Shown: positions 10,998 to 20,687 of the stretch, in pieces
How positions within the stretch are numbered: position 1 is the stretch's first letter
Layout of the letters: each line of letters opens with the position of its first letter
DNA from: Nitrososphaeria archaeon
Lineage (GTDB): Archaea; Thermoproteota; Nitrososphaeria; JACIWG01
Length of the DNA: 64,000 bases
Reading direction: 5' to 3'
Assembly: GCA_050011875.1 (NCBI GenBank)
Contig: JBEKIG010000001.1
Span: forward strand, 131,736 to 195,735
Made by a program: the position numbers and the translations under genes
The notes under the pieces: model-generated
The model's input: only the letters and a program-made list of their open reading frames with translations
Databases searched by the model: none
Told to the model about the DNA's origin: nothing

Positions 10998-11885
10998 ATG
11001 TGCTCTCCAAACATATCAGCTCTAAGATGCCCATTTATGGAGTACAAAGATTTTGGTAGGGCGAAGGTCAAAGTTTCTGCAATAGGAATGGGTACGTTCT
11101 TTGACGCAAAAGGTATAATGGAATCATGGATCCTTGGTCATTATGGGAACGAAAAGGAAAAGATTGATGCATTGAAGAAAGGAATAGAACTTGGCATCAA
11201 TTTTATAGATACAGCGGAAGTATATCGCACAGAGAAATATATTGGTAAAGTCGTCAAAGCCTATAAAAGGGAGGACCTATTCATCGCGACAAAGGTTTAT
11301 TCATGGCATCTAAGGTATGAACAGGTCTTAAAAGCAGCCAAACGGAGCCTAAGCAGGCTCCAGACTTCTTACATCGACCTCTACCAGATACATATGCCAA
11401 ATTCTAGAGTTCCCATTAAGGAAACCATGAGTGCGATGAAGCAACTTATTAAGGAAGGAAAGATAAGATATGTTGGAGTAAGTAACTTCTCACTTGACCA
11501 AGTTAAGGAGGCGGACAGCGAATTTTCGAACTCTGAACTGGTTTCCGTCCAAAACAAATACAATCTAGTGGACCGAGGTTTAGAAGTCGACATACTACCA
11601 TACTGCATTAAGAATAACATAGTTGTAATACCATATTTCCCGCTGGCACACGGCAAACTTACAAAACCTTCTCGGAAGCAGAAAGAAGTTTTAGACCATA
11701 TCTCCGAGAAGTATGGAGGAAAGACACCGGCTCAAATAGCCTTGAACTGGTTCCTTTCCAAGAGTAAAATAGTCTTTCCAATCCCAAGAGCTTCTAAACC
11801 AAGTAGGATCATAGAAAATGTTGGAGCAATAGGTTGGACAATGGAAAAAGATGACATCATCACGTTAGAAAATACTTTCCAATGA
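10998..11885 (+). CDS. Aldo/keto reductase
   Basis: IGMGT, FIDTAEVY, FIATK, DLYQIH, GVSNF, IPRAS; likely start ATG 11037. Confidence 0.93.
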   Translation: MCSPNISALRCPFMEYKDFGRAKVKVSAIGMGTFFDAKGIMESWILGHYGNEKEKIDALKKGIELGINFIDTAEVYRTEKYIGKVVKAYKREDLFIATKVYSWHLRYEQVLKAAKRSLSRLQTSYIDLYQIHMPNSRVPIKETMSAMKQLIKEGKIRYVGVSNFSLDQVKEADSEFSNSELVSVQNKYNLVDRGLEVDILPYCIKNNIVVIPYFPLAHGKLTKPSRKQKEVLDHISEKYGGKTPAQIALNWFLSKSKIVFPIPRASKPSRIIENVGAIGWTMEKDDIITLENTFQ

Positions 11886-11905
11886 TAATTAAATGATATA
11901 ACATC

Positions 11906-12367
11906 TCAAGCGGAATTCGAATTTTCCTTCGTTTTTTTGTCAAAACATTTTTTCAAAGGATTCCAGTAATAGTCGATCCAGCCTTGCCTATAATATTCCG
12001 CTTGTTCTGTGGGAACTTTAGAATGCGTCATATTAACTACTGTGCCACTTTTGGTCTTCTTGAACGTGAGCTTGAAGATCGAAGGTGGATAACCCGACGG
12101 CCATTCTGACGTCTTCCATTCCTGCACTATCTTCTTTCCTTTCACAAGTTCTAAATTCTTTCCAGATATATAACCATCGCCTGCAGTAAATTTCTGTCCA
12201 ACCTCAGGCACCCCCGTAGCCTTGTCACCAGTAAAAGCCGAGTGCACTTCAGGGTTCATAAAGGCTTCATAAAGCTCCTCAGGAGATGCTATTACAATTA
12301 TCTTCTGCTTCAAGGTTGATGTCTTAAATTCCATGAAATCCACGTAAAATATGTTACGTATAAGCAA
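11906..12367 (-). CDS. SRPBCC/AHSA1 (START-like) domain protein
   Basis: ASPEELYEAF, ISGKNLELVKGKKIVQEW, GWIDYYW. Confidence 0.88.
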   Translation of the reverse strand: MLIRNIFYVDFMEFKTSTLKQKIIVIASPEELYEAFMNPEVHSAFTGDKATGVPEVGQKFTAGDGYISGKNLELVKGKKIVQEWKTSEWPSGYPPSIFKLTFKKTKSGTVVNMTHSKVPTEQAEYYRQGWIDYYWNPLKKCFDKKTKENSNSA

Positions 12368-12558
12368 TAAATAAATTTTACCCGTATATGTTCGGGTTAT
12401 TTTTTCGCCCGGTGTTATAATTCTTTTCTAAAAAAGCGATAGATATTTACATAAGCGTTCCTCTAATATGTTTGTGAGTACATCTGACTGACAATAAACA
12501 GGCTGAGCCCTACCACATAACTATTGAGATAGAGAACAAACAGTGCAAGATACTGAAA

Positions 12559-13128
12559 ATGTTGGAACATCTTAATATACAGCATTTTGAAATGACCGAT
12601 ATCAGGAGTTACGCCCAACGTTCGACCGGACATCTTGTTAAGATGTCCAGGGAACAATTCAACAAATTGCCTAGAAATTTCGTTGGAACTCAGACGGGTA
12701 ACGTATCTGAGGGAGAAGCATCGGTATGGCTCAATAGTAAAGGTTGTGATGTCTGTGGAACAATATTATCTAATGAATCATTCCTCGTGTCTGGAAGAAA
12801 CATAGAGGGGTACACAATTGTCTACAGCTTTATAACGCCTAATTTTGACGCTTTCAAGAACATTATATCAACTTTAGAAGATAAGGGTTTTAAACCAAAG
12901 ATAATGGAAGTTGGAAAATACACACCGAAGGGTAAGATCTTGACGAAAAAGCAGGAGAGCGTGCTATGGTTTGCATTTAACATGGGCTTCTTTGACTATC
13001 CTAGGAAGATCAATTCGATAGAGCTTTCAAAAAAACTGGGAATAGGTGTTTCCACGTTTTCTGAAGTCACTAGAAGAGGTATACATAGATTGTTAGAGCA
13101 CCATCTTGAGACCTTGGACTCCAGTTAA
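12559..13128 (+). CDS. Bacterio-opsin-activator-type (HTH_10) transcriptional regulator
   Basis: C-terminal LTKKQ...AFNMGFFDYPRKINSIELSKKLGI; the frame stays open upstream, so the start may be earlier. Confidence 0.88.
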   Translation: MLEHLNIQHFEMTDIRSYAQRSTGHLVKMSREQFNKLPRNFVGTQTGNVSEGEASVWLNSKGCDVCGTILSNESFLVSGRNIEGYTIVYSFITPNFDAFKNIISTLEDKGFKPKIMEVGKYTPKGKILTKKQESVLWFAFNMGFFDYPRKINSIELSKKLGIGVSTFSEVTRRGIHRLLEHHLETLDSS

Positions 13129-13195
13129 AATCTAGAAAAAGCAATCCAAAGTCTCAGCTAAGTCGATTTAATAGAGGAAGCGATCTTTTTGTATG

Positions 13196-13579
13196 CTATC
13201 TTCTAGTGAGAATTGTTATAACATATATTCCTATCACTATAACTAATATGCCCATGATTATGAAAATAGAGGATAGCAGAAACCATATTCCAAAGCCTTT
13301 GACAACTTGTAAATAGAACGCTAAACCTAACAGAACTAAGATTATACCTCCGATTAAGGGACCAATGAACTTGAACCTCCCTCCGCCATATCTGTTCCAT
13401 CTCTCGTCCCTCATTCTTCTTCTTTCTTCCCTCCATTCCCTTTTCGCGTCCCTAATTTCCGCTTTAGCACGGTCTCTTATGTCTTCATATTGTGAGCCTT
13501 TAAGAGAAGTGCCGCACTTCGAACAAAATGCCATTGTTTCATCCACTTCTGAACCACACTTTGGACAATAAGGCATCAA
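13196..13579 (-). CDS. Zinc-ribbon membrane protein
   Basis: YCPKCG...FCSKCG followed by two hydrophobic helices. Confidence 0.85.
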   Translation of the reverse strand: MMPYCPKCGSEVDETMAFCSKCGTSLKGSQYEDIRDRAKAEIRDAKREWREERRRMRDERWNRYGGGRFKFIGPLIGGIILVLLGLAFYLQVVKGFGIWFLLSSIFIIMGILVIVIGIYVITILTRR

Positions 13580-13660
13580 ATTACCCCTTTATATCAGAGT
13601 CAATATTAACAAGCAGAATATTTAAAGTTGTCAGCGTAAAATAAAAAAATTAAATAGAGG

Positions 13661-14185
13661 GTGAAAATCACGTACTACGATAAATATTTGAATGACGATA
13701 ATACTTTGGTTAGGTCAAAGCATTTTGAATATGTGATCGGTATTGTCTCTTTCGGAAGTTTCATAATATTAATTGGGGTCATATCGGTTTTAACTCCGAG
13801 CTTATTTGGAAAAATTGAAGATTTCTTTCGAGATTTCCACTTAACTAAGCTTCCCCATACCCAAAATGTCTTTCTTCCAGCGCCGGCAGATCCTGGCGCT
13901 CATTTAGCCCTCTACAACGCAGTCGGTCTGTTCTGTCTGTTATGGGGATCCTTCCAAATTTTGGTTTTAGTGTTTAGGCTTCTGCTGAACTTGTCAACAG
14001 TTAGCAAGGCTAGAACTGTTTCCGATATAATCTTCTGGCTGGGTTCTTACTACCTAATCAGTGTTTTCCTAAATGGAACCTTAACTTTAACCTCTTGGTT
14101 CGCATTTTGGGCAACGATAATAATACTTTTGGGCATCTCACTATTAGCTAGAGCAATTCTTCTAGCTTTCAGCTCACATATATGA
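13661..14185 (+). CDS. Hypothetical membrane protein
   Basis: About four hydrophobic segments; occupies the intergenic space without conflict. Confidence 0.7.
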   Translation: MKITYYDKYLNDDNTLVRSKHFEYVIGIVSFGSFIILIGVISVLTPSLFGKIEDFFRDFHLTKLPHTQNVFLPAPADPGAHLALYNAVGLFCLLWGSFQILVLVFRLLLNLSTVSKARTVSDIIFWLGSYYLISVFLNGTLTLTSWFAFWATIIILLGISLLARAILLAFSSHI

Positions 14186-14289
14186 CAGAACCGATCAGTC
14201 TTTAATGCATGTTGCAAAAGAAAATAGAGTCAAGTGTACAAAAAAATTGCCTTGAAGAATTATAATGGATATACTCTTATTATTAATAA

Positions 14290-14490
14290 ATGAACAAGAA
14301 GAACGAAATCATGAAACTAAAAAGAGCCAGAAAACTTGGGCTTAGGCTTGAAGAAATATTGAAGGAACGAATATATAGAACAGGAACAAAATTGCTAGAA
14401 CTACAGCACGAGAGAAGAAAAATGGAAGAAAGAATCATAAAGTTGGAAAGTAAAACAAGTCGTAGGGTTAAAAATTCAACAAATTCTTAA
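14290..14490 (+). CDS. Small basic coiled-coil hypothetical protein
   Basis: ATG start after an AT-rich promoter-like region; heptad-like Leu/Glu/Lys pattern. Confidence 0.45.
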   Translation: MNKKNEIMKLKRARKLGLRLEEILKERIYRTGTKLLELQHERRKMEERIIKLESKTSRRVKNSTNS

Positions 14491-14520
14491 TCTAACAATA
14501 GGTCTCGCATCCAAAAAATT

Positions 14521-15162
14521 CTAAATGTTCATTTTTGGCACTTGTTGACCAGAGACAACGTACACAACAGAATCACCTATGTAAGTAGCATGGTCGGCTA
14601 TTCTCTCGAGATATCGAAGAATAAGGATAGATGATATCGAACATTTAATGTCGGCATTGGACTGCGTAGACACCTGCCTTAAAGCATCTACATATATTTT
14701 GTCAATAACGTCGTCCATCTCTCTAACCTCCTTCGCAACTGTTACATTTTTTTCAACAAAGGCTTGGATGCTGAGTTTTATCATTTCCTTCGCCTGCTCA
14801 CCCGCTTTTAACACTTCAGTTTTATCGCATGTCGAAAGGTTGCCAACGATTCTTAACACCTGTGATATGTCAAACGCATATCTTCCAAATCGTGAGAAGC
14901 CATAGCTTATCTCCATGCATGACTTCAAAAACCTAACGTCAGATGCCACTGGCTGATATCTAGATATTATTTCGACTGCCAGCTCGTTTACATCATCCTC
15001 CATCTTTCGCAGTTGAAGAGATCGCGCATAGATCATATCCGCCAGGTCTTGTCCCTCACTGTAAGAGTTGATCGCCGTGAACACGGTTGCCTCCGAATAG
15101 TCCGCCATTTCCATGATCATACTCTTCAACCTTTCAAGCCCCATATCCATTAATCTGACCAT
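14521..15162 (-). CDS. phoU: Phosphate transport regulator PhoU
   Basis: YQPVASDVR, MDDVID, LERIADHATYI; follows pstB. Confidence 0.93.
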   Translation of the reverse strand: MVRLMDMGLERLKSMIMEMADYSEATVFTAINSYSEGQDLADMIYARSLQLRKMEDDVNELAVEIISRYQPVASDVRFLKSCMEISYGFSRFGRYAFDISQVLRIVGNLSTCDKTEVLKAGEQAKEMIKLSIQAFVEKNVTVAKEVREMDDVIDKIYVDALRQVSTQSNADIKCSISSILILRYLERIADHATYIGDSVVYVVSGQQVPKMNI

Positions 15163-15175
15163 TTCTTTTCACCTT

Positions 15176-16063
15176 TTAGCCAAACTTCCCAGTTATATAC
15201 CTCTCCGTCAGTTCTTCCCGTGGAGTACTAAAAAGCGTAGTCGTTTCAGTGTATTCGATAAGTTTTCCCAGATAGAGGAAGGCTGTATAGTCTGAAACCC
15301 TAGCTGCCTGCTGCATATTATGCGTCACTATTACGACAGTATATTCTCTTTTAAGGGCTATTATTAACTCTTCAATCTTAGCTGTGGCAACAGGGTCAAG
15401 GGCTGAACAGGGCTCATCCATAAGGATAACCTCTGGTTCAACTGCAAGAGCCCGCGCAATACACAGTCTCTGCTGCTGTCCACCCGACAAAGCGGTCCCA
15501 GTTTTCTTAAGCTCATCCTTGACTTCGTCCCACAATCCTGCCTGCTCGAGACCCTTCCTGACAACTTCGTTCAACTTCTTTTTATCTTTTATTCCATTCA
15601 ATTTAAGACCTGCGGCAACGTTGTCGAAGATAGACATAGTTGGGAATGGATTGGGTTTCTGGAACACCATACCAACTCTTCTCCTAACAGCAACGGGGTC
15701 GATGTCCTTAGAGTATACGTCAACACCGTCTAGAAAAACCTTACCTGAAACTGTTGCTGAAGGAACCAGTTCATGCATTCTATTAAAACATCTTATCAGT
15801 GTAGATTTTCCGCAGCCGGAAGGCCCTATGATTGCGGTTACAGCATTAGATTTTATTTCCATAGAGATGTCTTTGATAGCGTTCTTATTTCCATACCAAG
15901 CACTAAGGTTTTCTGTCCTGATCTTGTAGACTTCAGTTATTCCATTTAGTTTAGGTAAGTTAACGCTTCTTGAATCCATCCTCTGTTCTTCTAGCAGAAC
16001 CTTAAATTCTACTTTTATACTTTCCTCTTGCAGCAAATCTGTTATTACCCTTTCGCCTTTCAT
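15176..16063 (-). CDS. pstB: Phosphate ABC transporter ATP-binding protein
   Basis: [51 protein letters not shown]. Confidence 0.97.
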   Translation of the reverse strand: MKGERVITDLLQEESIKVEFKVLLEEQRMDSRSVNLPKLNGITEVYKIRTENLSAWYGNKNAIKDISMEIKSNAVTAIIGPSGCGKSTLIRCFNRMHELVPSATVSGKVFLDGVDVYSKDIDPVAVRRRVGMVFQKPNPFPTMSIFDNVAAGLKLNGIKDKKKLNEVVRKGLEQAGLWDEVKDELKKTGTALSGGQQQRLCIARALAVEPEVILMDEPCSALDPVATAKIEELIIALKREYTVVIVTHNMQQAARVSDYTAFLYLGKLIEYTETTTLFSTPREELTERYITGKFG

Positions 16064-16075
16064 AACTTTATAGTA

Positions 16076-17122
16076 TCATGTCAATATTGATTCAACAGTT
16101 AGATTGAGTACGATTTCGGCAATGTCAGTGGCATACTCTGCGGTTCTGCGAATGCTTTCAATAATCAATCGAATATACGATGCTTCTTCAACCTCCATCT
16201 TTTGAGACGAAATAACAGCTTCTTTTTCTATAGAAATAACATCCTTTGTTTTCTCGAATATGCTTTCCGCGAGATTGAAATCCTGTTTGAAAAGGGTTTC
16301 CATGGCTGTTTCAAACATTGAAATCGCTGTATTGCTCATGGTTTCTAGCTTTAGGATTATTTCCGGTTCCAACTGTTTTCTTAGTTGTAGGACGTTTTCT
16401 GCGATTTTAGCAGCGTGATCAGCAGTTCTTTCAACCGACTTTGTTACGAGACGATAGCCTAAACAATCACGGGCATTTTGCAAGCCTATTTCTCTTATTA
16501 ATTTAGGATTTTGAATCGCAGTCTTGAGCTGTCTGACTACATAGAGGTTGAATCTGTCCACTTCATTGTCTGTGGTTATGACCTCTTTGGCCAGCTGAGG
16601 ATCTAATCCTTTTAGGGCAGTTATTGCGTCCCTGTGCATTGAAGCAGCTATTATGCTTGTTCGTCTGAGGGCGCTTTGAACAGAAAGTTCAGGATAACTC
16701 AATAAAACCTGCAACGTTAGCTCTTGTGGTGTGTCCGTGACTATTTCGGTTCCAACAAGCATGATGCGAGAAAAATCTTTTAAGTCATGTCTTTGATTTG
16801 CGGATAACTGTCTTTGGCTTTCAGCTTTTATATGTATTATGTTATAGCCCACGAGGTAGGCGGAGACAGTTTTTCTGATTATCGAGTCTGAAGAATCTTT
16901 AGGTGTCACTTTGATTGTAGCTTCGTCTAGTCTCTTTTGTTGCATGTTTGTGTCTGTTGGTATGATTGATAATAGACCGCCTTCTTCTTCACGTAGTTTT
17001 ATCGAGCTCCCTCTTTTAAGATCGTTTTGCCTGATCCAACTTATGGGTAATGAGATTATGAAGGTTGATCCTCCAGTAAACTGAAGTTTTCTCGTTTCTT
17101 CATTAAGTCTAGTTTCAAGCAT
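16076..17122 (-). CDS. Archaeal phosphate uptake regulator (AbrB N-terminal + PhoU domains)
   Basis: RKLQFTGGSTFIISLP (AbrB-like), then PhoU repeats DNEVDR, ERTADHA, RRTAEYA. Confidence 0.92.
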   Translation of the reverse strand: MLETRLNEETRKLQFTGGSTFIISLPISWIRQNDLKRGSSIKLREEEGGLLSIIPTDTNMQQKRLDEATIKVTPKDSSDSIIRKTVSAYLVGYNIIHIKAESQRQLSANQRHDLKDFSRIMLVGTEIVTDTPQELTLQVLLSYPELSVQSALRRTSIIAASMHRDAITALKGLDPQLAKEVITTDNEVDRFNLYVVRQLKTAIQNPKLIREIGLQNARDCLGYRLVTKSVERTADHAAKIAENVLQLRKQLEPEIILKLETMSNTAISMFETAMETLFKQDFNLAESIFEKTKDVISIEKEAVISSQKMEVEEASYIRLIIESIRRTAEYATDIAEIVLNLTVESILT

Positions 17123-17171
17123 CTAAATACCCCTCCGTAATTATTATAGTTAGCTATTAATATATATTTTA

Positions 17172-17388
17172 TCTATATAGTTTTTAAATAGGAGGACACA
17201 AATTATGCTTTGGTTTTTGATACTTTAGTTAATATTATTTGGCAAATAAAACATATAAAAGTATGGTAGAAGGTGGAGGATCGTCAAAACATTTTTATCG
17301 ATGTCTCATTACTTTTGTTTTTAAACAGAAATCCTACGAGTAGTGTAACAGATAACTAGATGGGTTGTCTTTATAGTCTATATAGTTT
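17172..17388. promoter_or_regulatory. Divergent pst promoter region with two copies of TCTATATAGTTT
   Basis: Identical 12-mer with palindromic core CTATATAG at 17172-17183 and 17377-17388, one near each divergent start. Confidence 0.45.
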
Positions 17389-17411
17389 ATAGAGAGAATA
17401 TATATATAATA

Positions 17412-18668
17412 ATGTTTGGCAACCACGCAAATAGAGAAAAAATGAAAAATACGTACCTAATCGCCGTAGTAATAGTGGCGATAGTCATAATCGTAGCAGC
17501 AACTGCTGGCTACGCATACATCAGCTCCTCAACAAAAACTTCAACAACAACAATTCCAACAACAGTAACATCGACTTTTACAAGTGCAATAACAACCACT
17601 TCGGTCATCACCTCGACCATCACACCGACCAGTAATACTACAAGTCCAACAGGAGCACCAGTATCGGTTACCGGAGCAGGGGGAACTCTGATCTACCCGC
17701 TCATGTCTGCTTGGGAGTTCACCTATAACCAACTTAATCCAAACGTTCAAGTCAATTATGCAAGCGTCGGCAGTGGCGCAGGAATCCAACAAATCACAGC
17801 ACAGACAGTCGACTTCGGCGGCTCAGACGCACCATTGACAGCAGCACAATATGCTGCACTTCCCTCAGGTAAAGTTCTCCTCACCATACCAGAATCTGCC
17901 AGTGCAGTTGTTCCAGCATATAACTTGCCAGGAATTAGCAATGGCCTAAATTTCACTGGAAATGTCTTAGCTCAAATCTTCCTTGGTAATATAACGAACT
18001 GGAACGACCCTGCCATTGCAGCTCTTAACCCCGGTAAAACCCTGCCGAACCATGCCATCGTAGTGATCCACAGATCCGATGGTAGCGGAACCATGTACGC
18101 CTTCACCAACTATCTCTCTGATTCGAGCACCCAGTGGGCAACCAAAGTTGGCAAAGGAACTTCAGTAAATTGGCCTGTTGGTCTCGGAGAAAAAGGTAAT
18201 GAAGGTGTGGCGGCAACCATTATAAACACGCAATATTCGATGGGTCCTATTGAAATCGCATACGAAATCAATAACAAGGGTCTGATTTCATATGGAGCAG
18301 TGCAAAACGCAGCAGGTAACTTCATACTAGCGAACCTAACTAATATAGGAGAAGCAATTAATGCAGGCGCTACAAGTCTTCCGGCAGGAAACGCCCATTG
18401 GACGAACGTATCTATAATCGACAACATATTTAATGATAAGGCAGCAACTTACGCTTATCCAGTCTCAACGCTAACTTACCTACTGGTCTATCAGCAGCAG
18501 ACTAATCTAGCAATAGGCACAGCTGTGGTGAACTTCATCTGGTGGATCGTAAACTCTGCGCAATCAGCCGGATCGAGTTTGGGTTACATACCATTGCCAG
18601 CAAACATTGTCTTAATCGATGATGCAACCCTCAATTCAATCACGTACAACGGTGTAGCAATACACTAG
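17412..18668 (+). CDS. pstS: Phosphate ABC transporter substrate-binding protein
   Basis: N-terminal TM, Thr-rich linker, GAGGT, GSGAG, DFGGSD, RSDGSGT, GEKGNEGV; likely start ATG 17442. Confidence 0.95.
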   Translation: MFGNHANREKMKNTYLIAVVIVAIVIIVAATAGYAYISSSTKTSTTTIPTTVTSTFTSAITTTSVITSTITPTSNTTSPTGAPVSVTGAGGTLIYPLMSAWEFTYNQLNPNVQVNYASVGSGAGIQQITAQTVDFGGSDAPLTAAQYAALPSGKVLLTIPESASAVVPAYNLPGISNGLNFTGNVLAQIFLGNITNWNDPAIAALNPGKTLPNHAIVVIHRSDGSGTMYAFTNYLSDSSTQWATKVGKGTSVNWPVGLGEKGNEGVAATIINTQYSMGPIEIAYEINNKGLISYGAVQNAAGNFILANLTNIGEAINAGATSLPAGNAHWTNVSIIDNIFNDKAATYAYPVSTLTYLLVYQQQTNLAIGTAVVNFIWWIVNSAQSAGSSLGYIPLPANIVLIDDATLNSITYNGVAIH

Positions 18669-18669
18669 G

Positions 18670-18698
18670 GAACCTAATTGTTTATTAGGTTCTTTTTT
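18670..18698 (+). terminator. Hairpin plus T-tract between pstS and pstC
   Basis: Perfect 9-bp stem GAACCTAAT/ATTAGGTTC with a 5-nt loop, followed by T6 and a second T-run. Confidence 0.6.
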
Positions 18699-18750
18699 AC
18701 CACTTTTTTTTATAATTTCGTGAATAAAAAATGCGAGGTCTAAATTAAGA

Positions 18751-19683
18751 TTGCACCGTGAAGCTTTGAAAGGTGACATAATCTTAAAGGCAGTTGTCGC
18801 CATGGCAGCTGTCTTCATCGTATGCTTACTTGGGTCACTCGCATTGGAGTTGTTTTCAGGTTCAAATCTTTCCATCGCCAAGTTTGGCCTATCCTTTGTT
18901 ATAGGTAGAACTTGGGATCCAGTGCATGAAATTTTTGGTGCATTACCTTTTATTTACGGAACGTTATTGACTTCTGCCATTGCTCTTCTTATAGGACTAC
19001 CCATTAGTATAGGAGTGGCGATATTTCTCACAGAGAAGCTCAAAACCAAAAAAGGAATTGCTTATGTGCTTGGAACTTTGGTAGAGCTTCTCGCGGCAGT
19101 GCCGAGTGTTATTTACGGGTTATGGGGGCTGTTATTCTTAAGTCCTATCCTTCGAGACTATGTCGAGACGCCTTTACATAGTTACCTCAGCTTTGTTCCT
19201 CTCTTTTCTGAAACGCCGTTCGGTCTCGATTTCTTTACCGCTGGAATCATACTTGCCATAATGATAATTCCAACGATCTCTGCGGTCTCTAAGGATATCC
19301 TGAACGCAGTTCCAAATAGCCAAAGGGAAGCCATGTACTCACTTGGTGCCACAGACTGGGAAGTTACACAAAAGAGCGTTCTCCCTTATGCGAGGTCAGG
19401 CATTTTTGGAGCAACAATCCTTGGTTTAGGGAGAGCCGTGGGTGAAACTATGGCGGTGACGATGGTGATTGGCAACGCGCCTAGAATTACGGCGGACCTA
19501 TTTTCCGGCGGATACACATTGGCTGCTGCGATAGCGAATGAGTTCACAGAGGCATCTTCCCCACTCTATCTTTCTGCTCTCATCGAACTTGGCCTGATAC
19601 TATTTTTTGTAGCTTTAATTATCAATGTTTTCGCCAGATTTTTGCTTTGGAGGATGATGCGGGGTGTACGATTCAGAGCCTGA
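18751..19683 (+). CDS. pstC: Phosphate ABC transporter permease PstC
   Basis: FGALPFIYGT, ELLAAVPSVIYGLWG, GRAVGETMAVTMVIGN. Confidence 0.95.
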   Translation: MHREALKGDIILKAVVAMAAVFIVCLLGSLALELFSGSNLSIAKFGLSFVIGRTWDPVHEIFGALPFIYGTLLTSAIALLIGLPISIGVAIFLTEKLKTKKGIAYVLGTLVELLAAVPSVIYGLWGLLFLSPILRDYVETPLHSYLSFVPLFSETPFGLDFFTAGIILAIMIIPTISAVSKDILNAVPNSQREAMYSLGATDWEVTQKSVLPYARSGIFGATILGLGRAVGETMAVTMVIGNAPRITADLFSGGYTLAAAIANEFTEASSPLYLSALIELGLILFFVALIINVFARFLLWRMMRGVRFRA

Positions 19684-20572
19684 GAAAGATAAAGATACAG
19701 TGAAGAGGATTAGCCTCGCTACTGGTACAGGTCGCAGGCGGAGGGTAGTTGACAAAGCGATGACGGGCCTTGTCTTGTTAGCTGTAGCCCTTGCGGTAAC
19801 TCCCTTGGTGCTAATACTAGGCGTAGTCGTCTTGCGGGGGGCTCCCGTCATGAGTTTATCGTTTCTAACTAATCTTCCTAGGCCTGTGGGTGTTCCTGGA
19901 GGGGGGATAGCTAATGCGCTGTTTGGCAGTTTCATAATGGTGGGGATAGCTGCGTTGATAGCTGTGCCCATCGGTGTTGGGGCGGGAATTTTCTTTTCGG
20001 AGTGGCCAGAGTCTCGGCTTTCCACGGTTTCAAGTTTTACGAATGATGTGCTAGCGGAGTTTCCTTCGATTGTGATTGGGATTTTTGTTTATGTTATAAT
20101 TGTTTTATCAACTAAGACCTTCTCTGCGTTGGCTGGGGCTGTTGCGCTTAGTATCATAATGATGCCGATAATTGCGAGGACTACTGAGGAGTCTCTTAAG
20201 CTTGTTCCTATGACGTTGAGGGAGGCTTCGATGGCACTTGGAGTTTCGAGATGGAGAACTGTAATTAAGGTGGTCATAGGCACGGGGAAGAGCGGGCTGA
20301 TTACTGGTATACTTCTAGCTGTCGCTCGTGCTGCAGGTGAGACAGCGCCTTTGATTTTAACTGCTCTGGGTAGTGTCTATTTTCCGACTAGCCTTAATCA
20401 GCCCACTGCGGCTTTGCCGCTTTTAATTTATACGTACGCGATCTCTCCGTTTAAAGATTGGCAGGCGCAGGCGTGGGGTGCGGCTTTGATTCTTATAGCG
20501 ATCATGTTTGTATTGAATCTCTCCATCAAGCTTTTTATCGGGAGGAGATCTGTGGTGAGGGCAGAAACTTGA
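19664..20572 (+). CDS. pstA: Phosphate ABC transporter permease PstA
   Basis: GGGIANA, PSIVIG, LREASMALG, ARAAGETAPL. Confidence 0.95.
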   Translation: MYDSEPEKDKDTVKRISLATGTGRRRRVVDKAMTGLVLLAVALAVTPLVLILGVVVLRGAPVMSLSFLTNLPRPVGVPGGGIANALFGSFIMVGIAALIAVPIGVGAGIFFSEWPESRLSTVSSFTNDVLAEFPSIVIGIFVYVIIVLSTKTFSALAGAVALSIIMMPIIARTTEESLKLVPMTLREASMALGVSRWRTVIKVVIGTGKSGLITGILLAVARAAGETAPLILTALGSVYFPTSLNQPTAALPLLIYTYAISPFKDWQAQAWGAALILIAIMFVLNLSIKLFIGRRSVVRAET

Positions 20573-20687
20573 TTATTATGAATGGGCATCTATCGTTTTG
20601 CTGCTAAATGTAATAATAGAGTTACAAAATCCATATTGACATAAAAATTAAGGTTAACTTTATATTTTTTAATATGATGAACACATT

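Noticed and set aside
15384-15929. 181-aa plus-strand ORF and similar long antisense ORFs (for example 28776-29276, 48569-48991, 57800-58219)
   Set aside because: They lie opposite conserved genes (pstB, hsdR, purL, RLP) and show no protein motifs.
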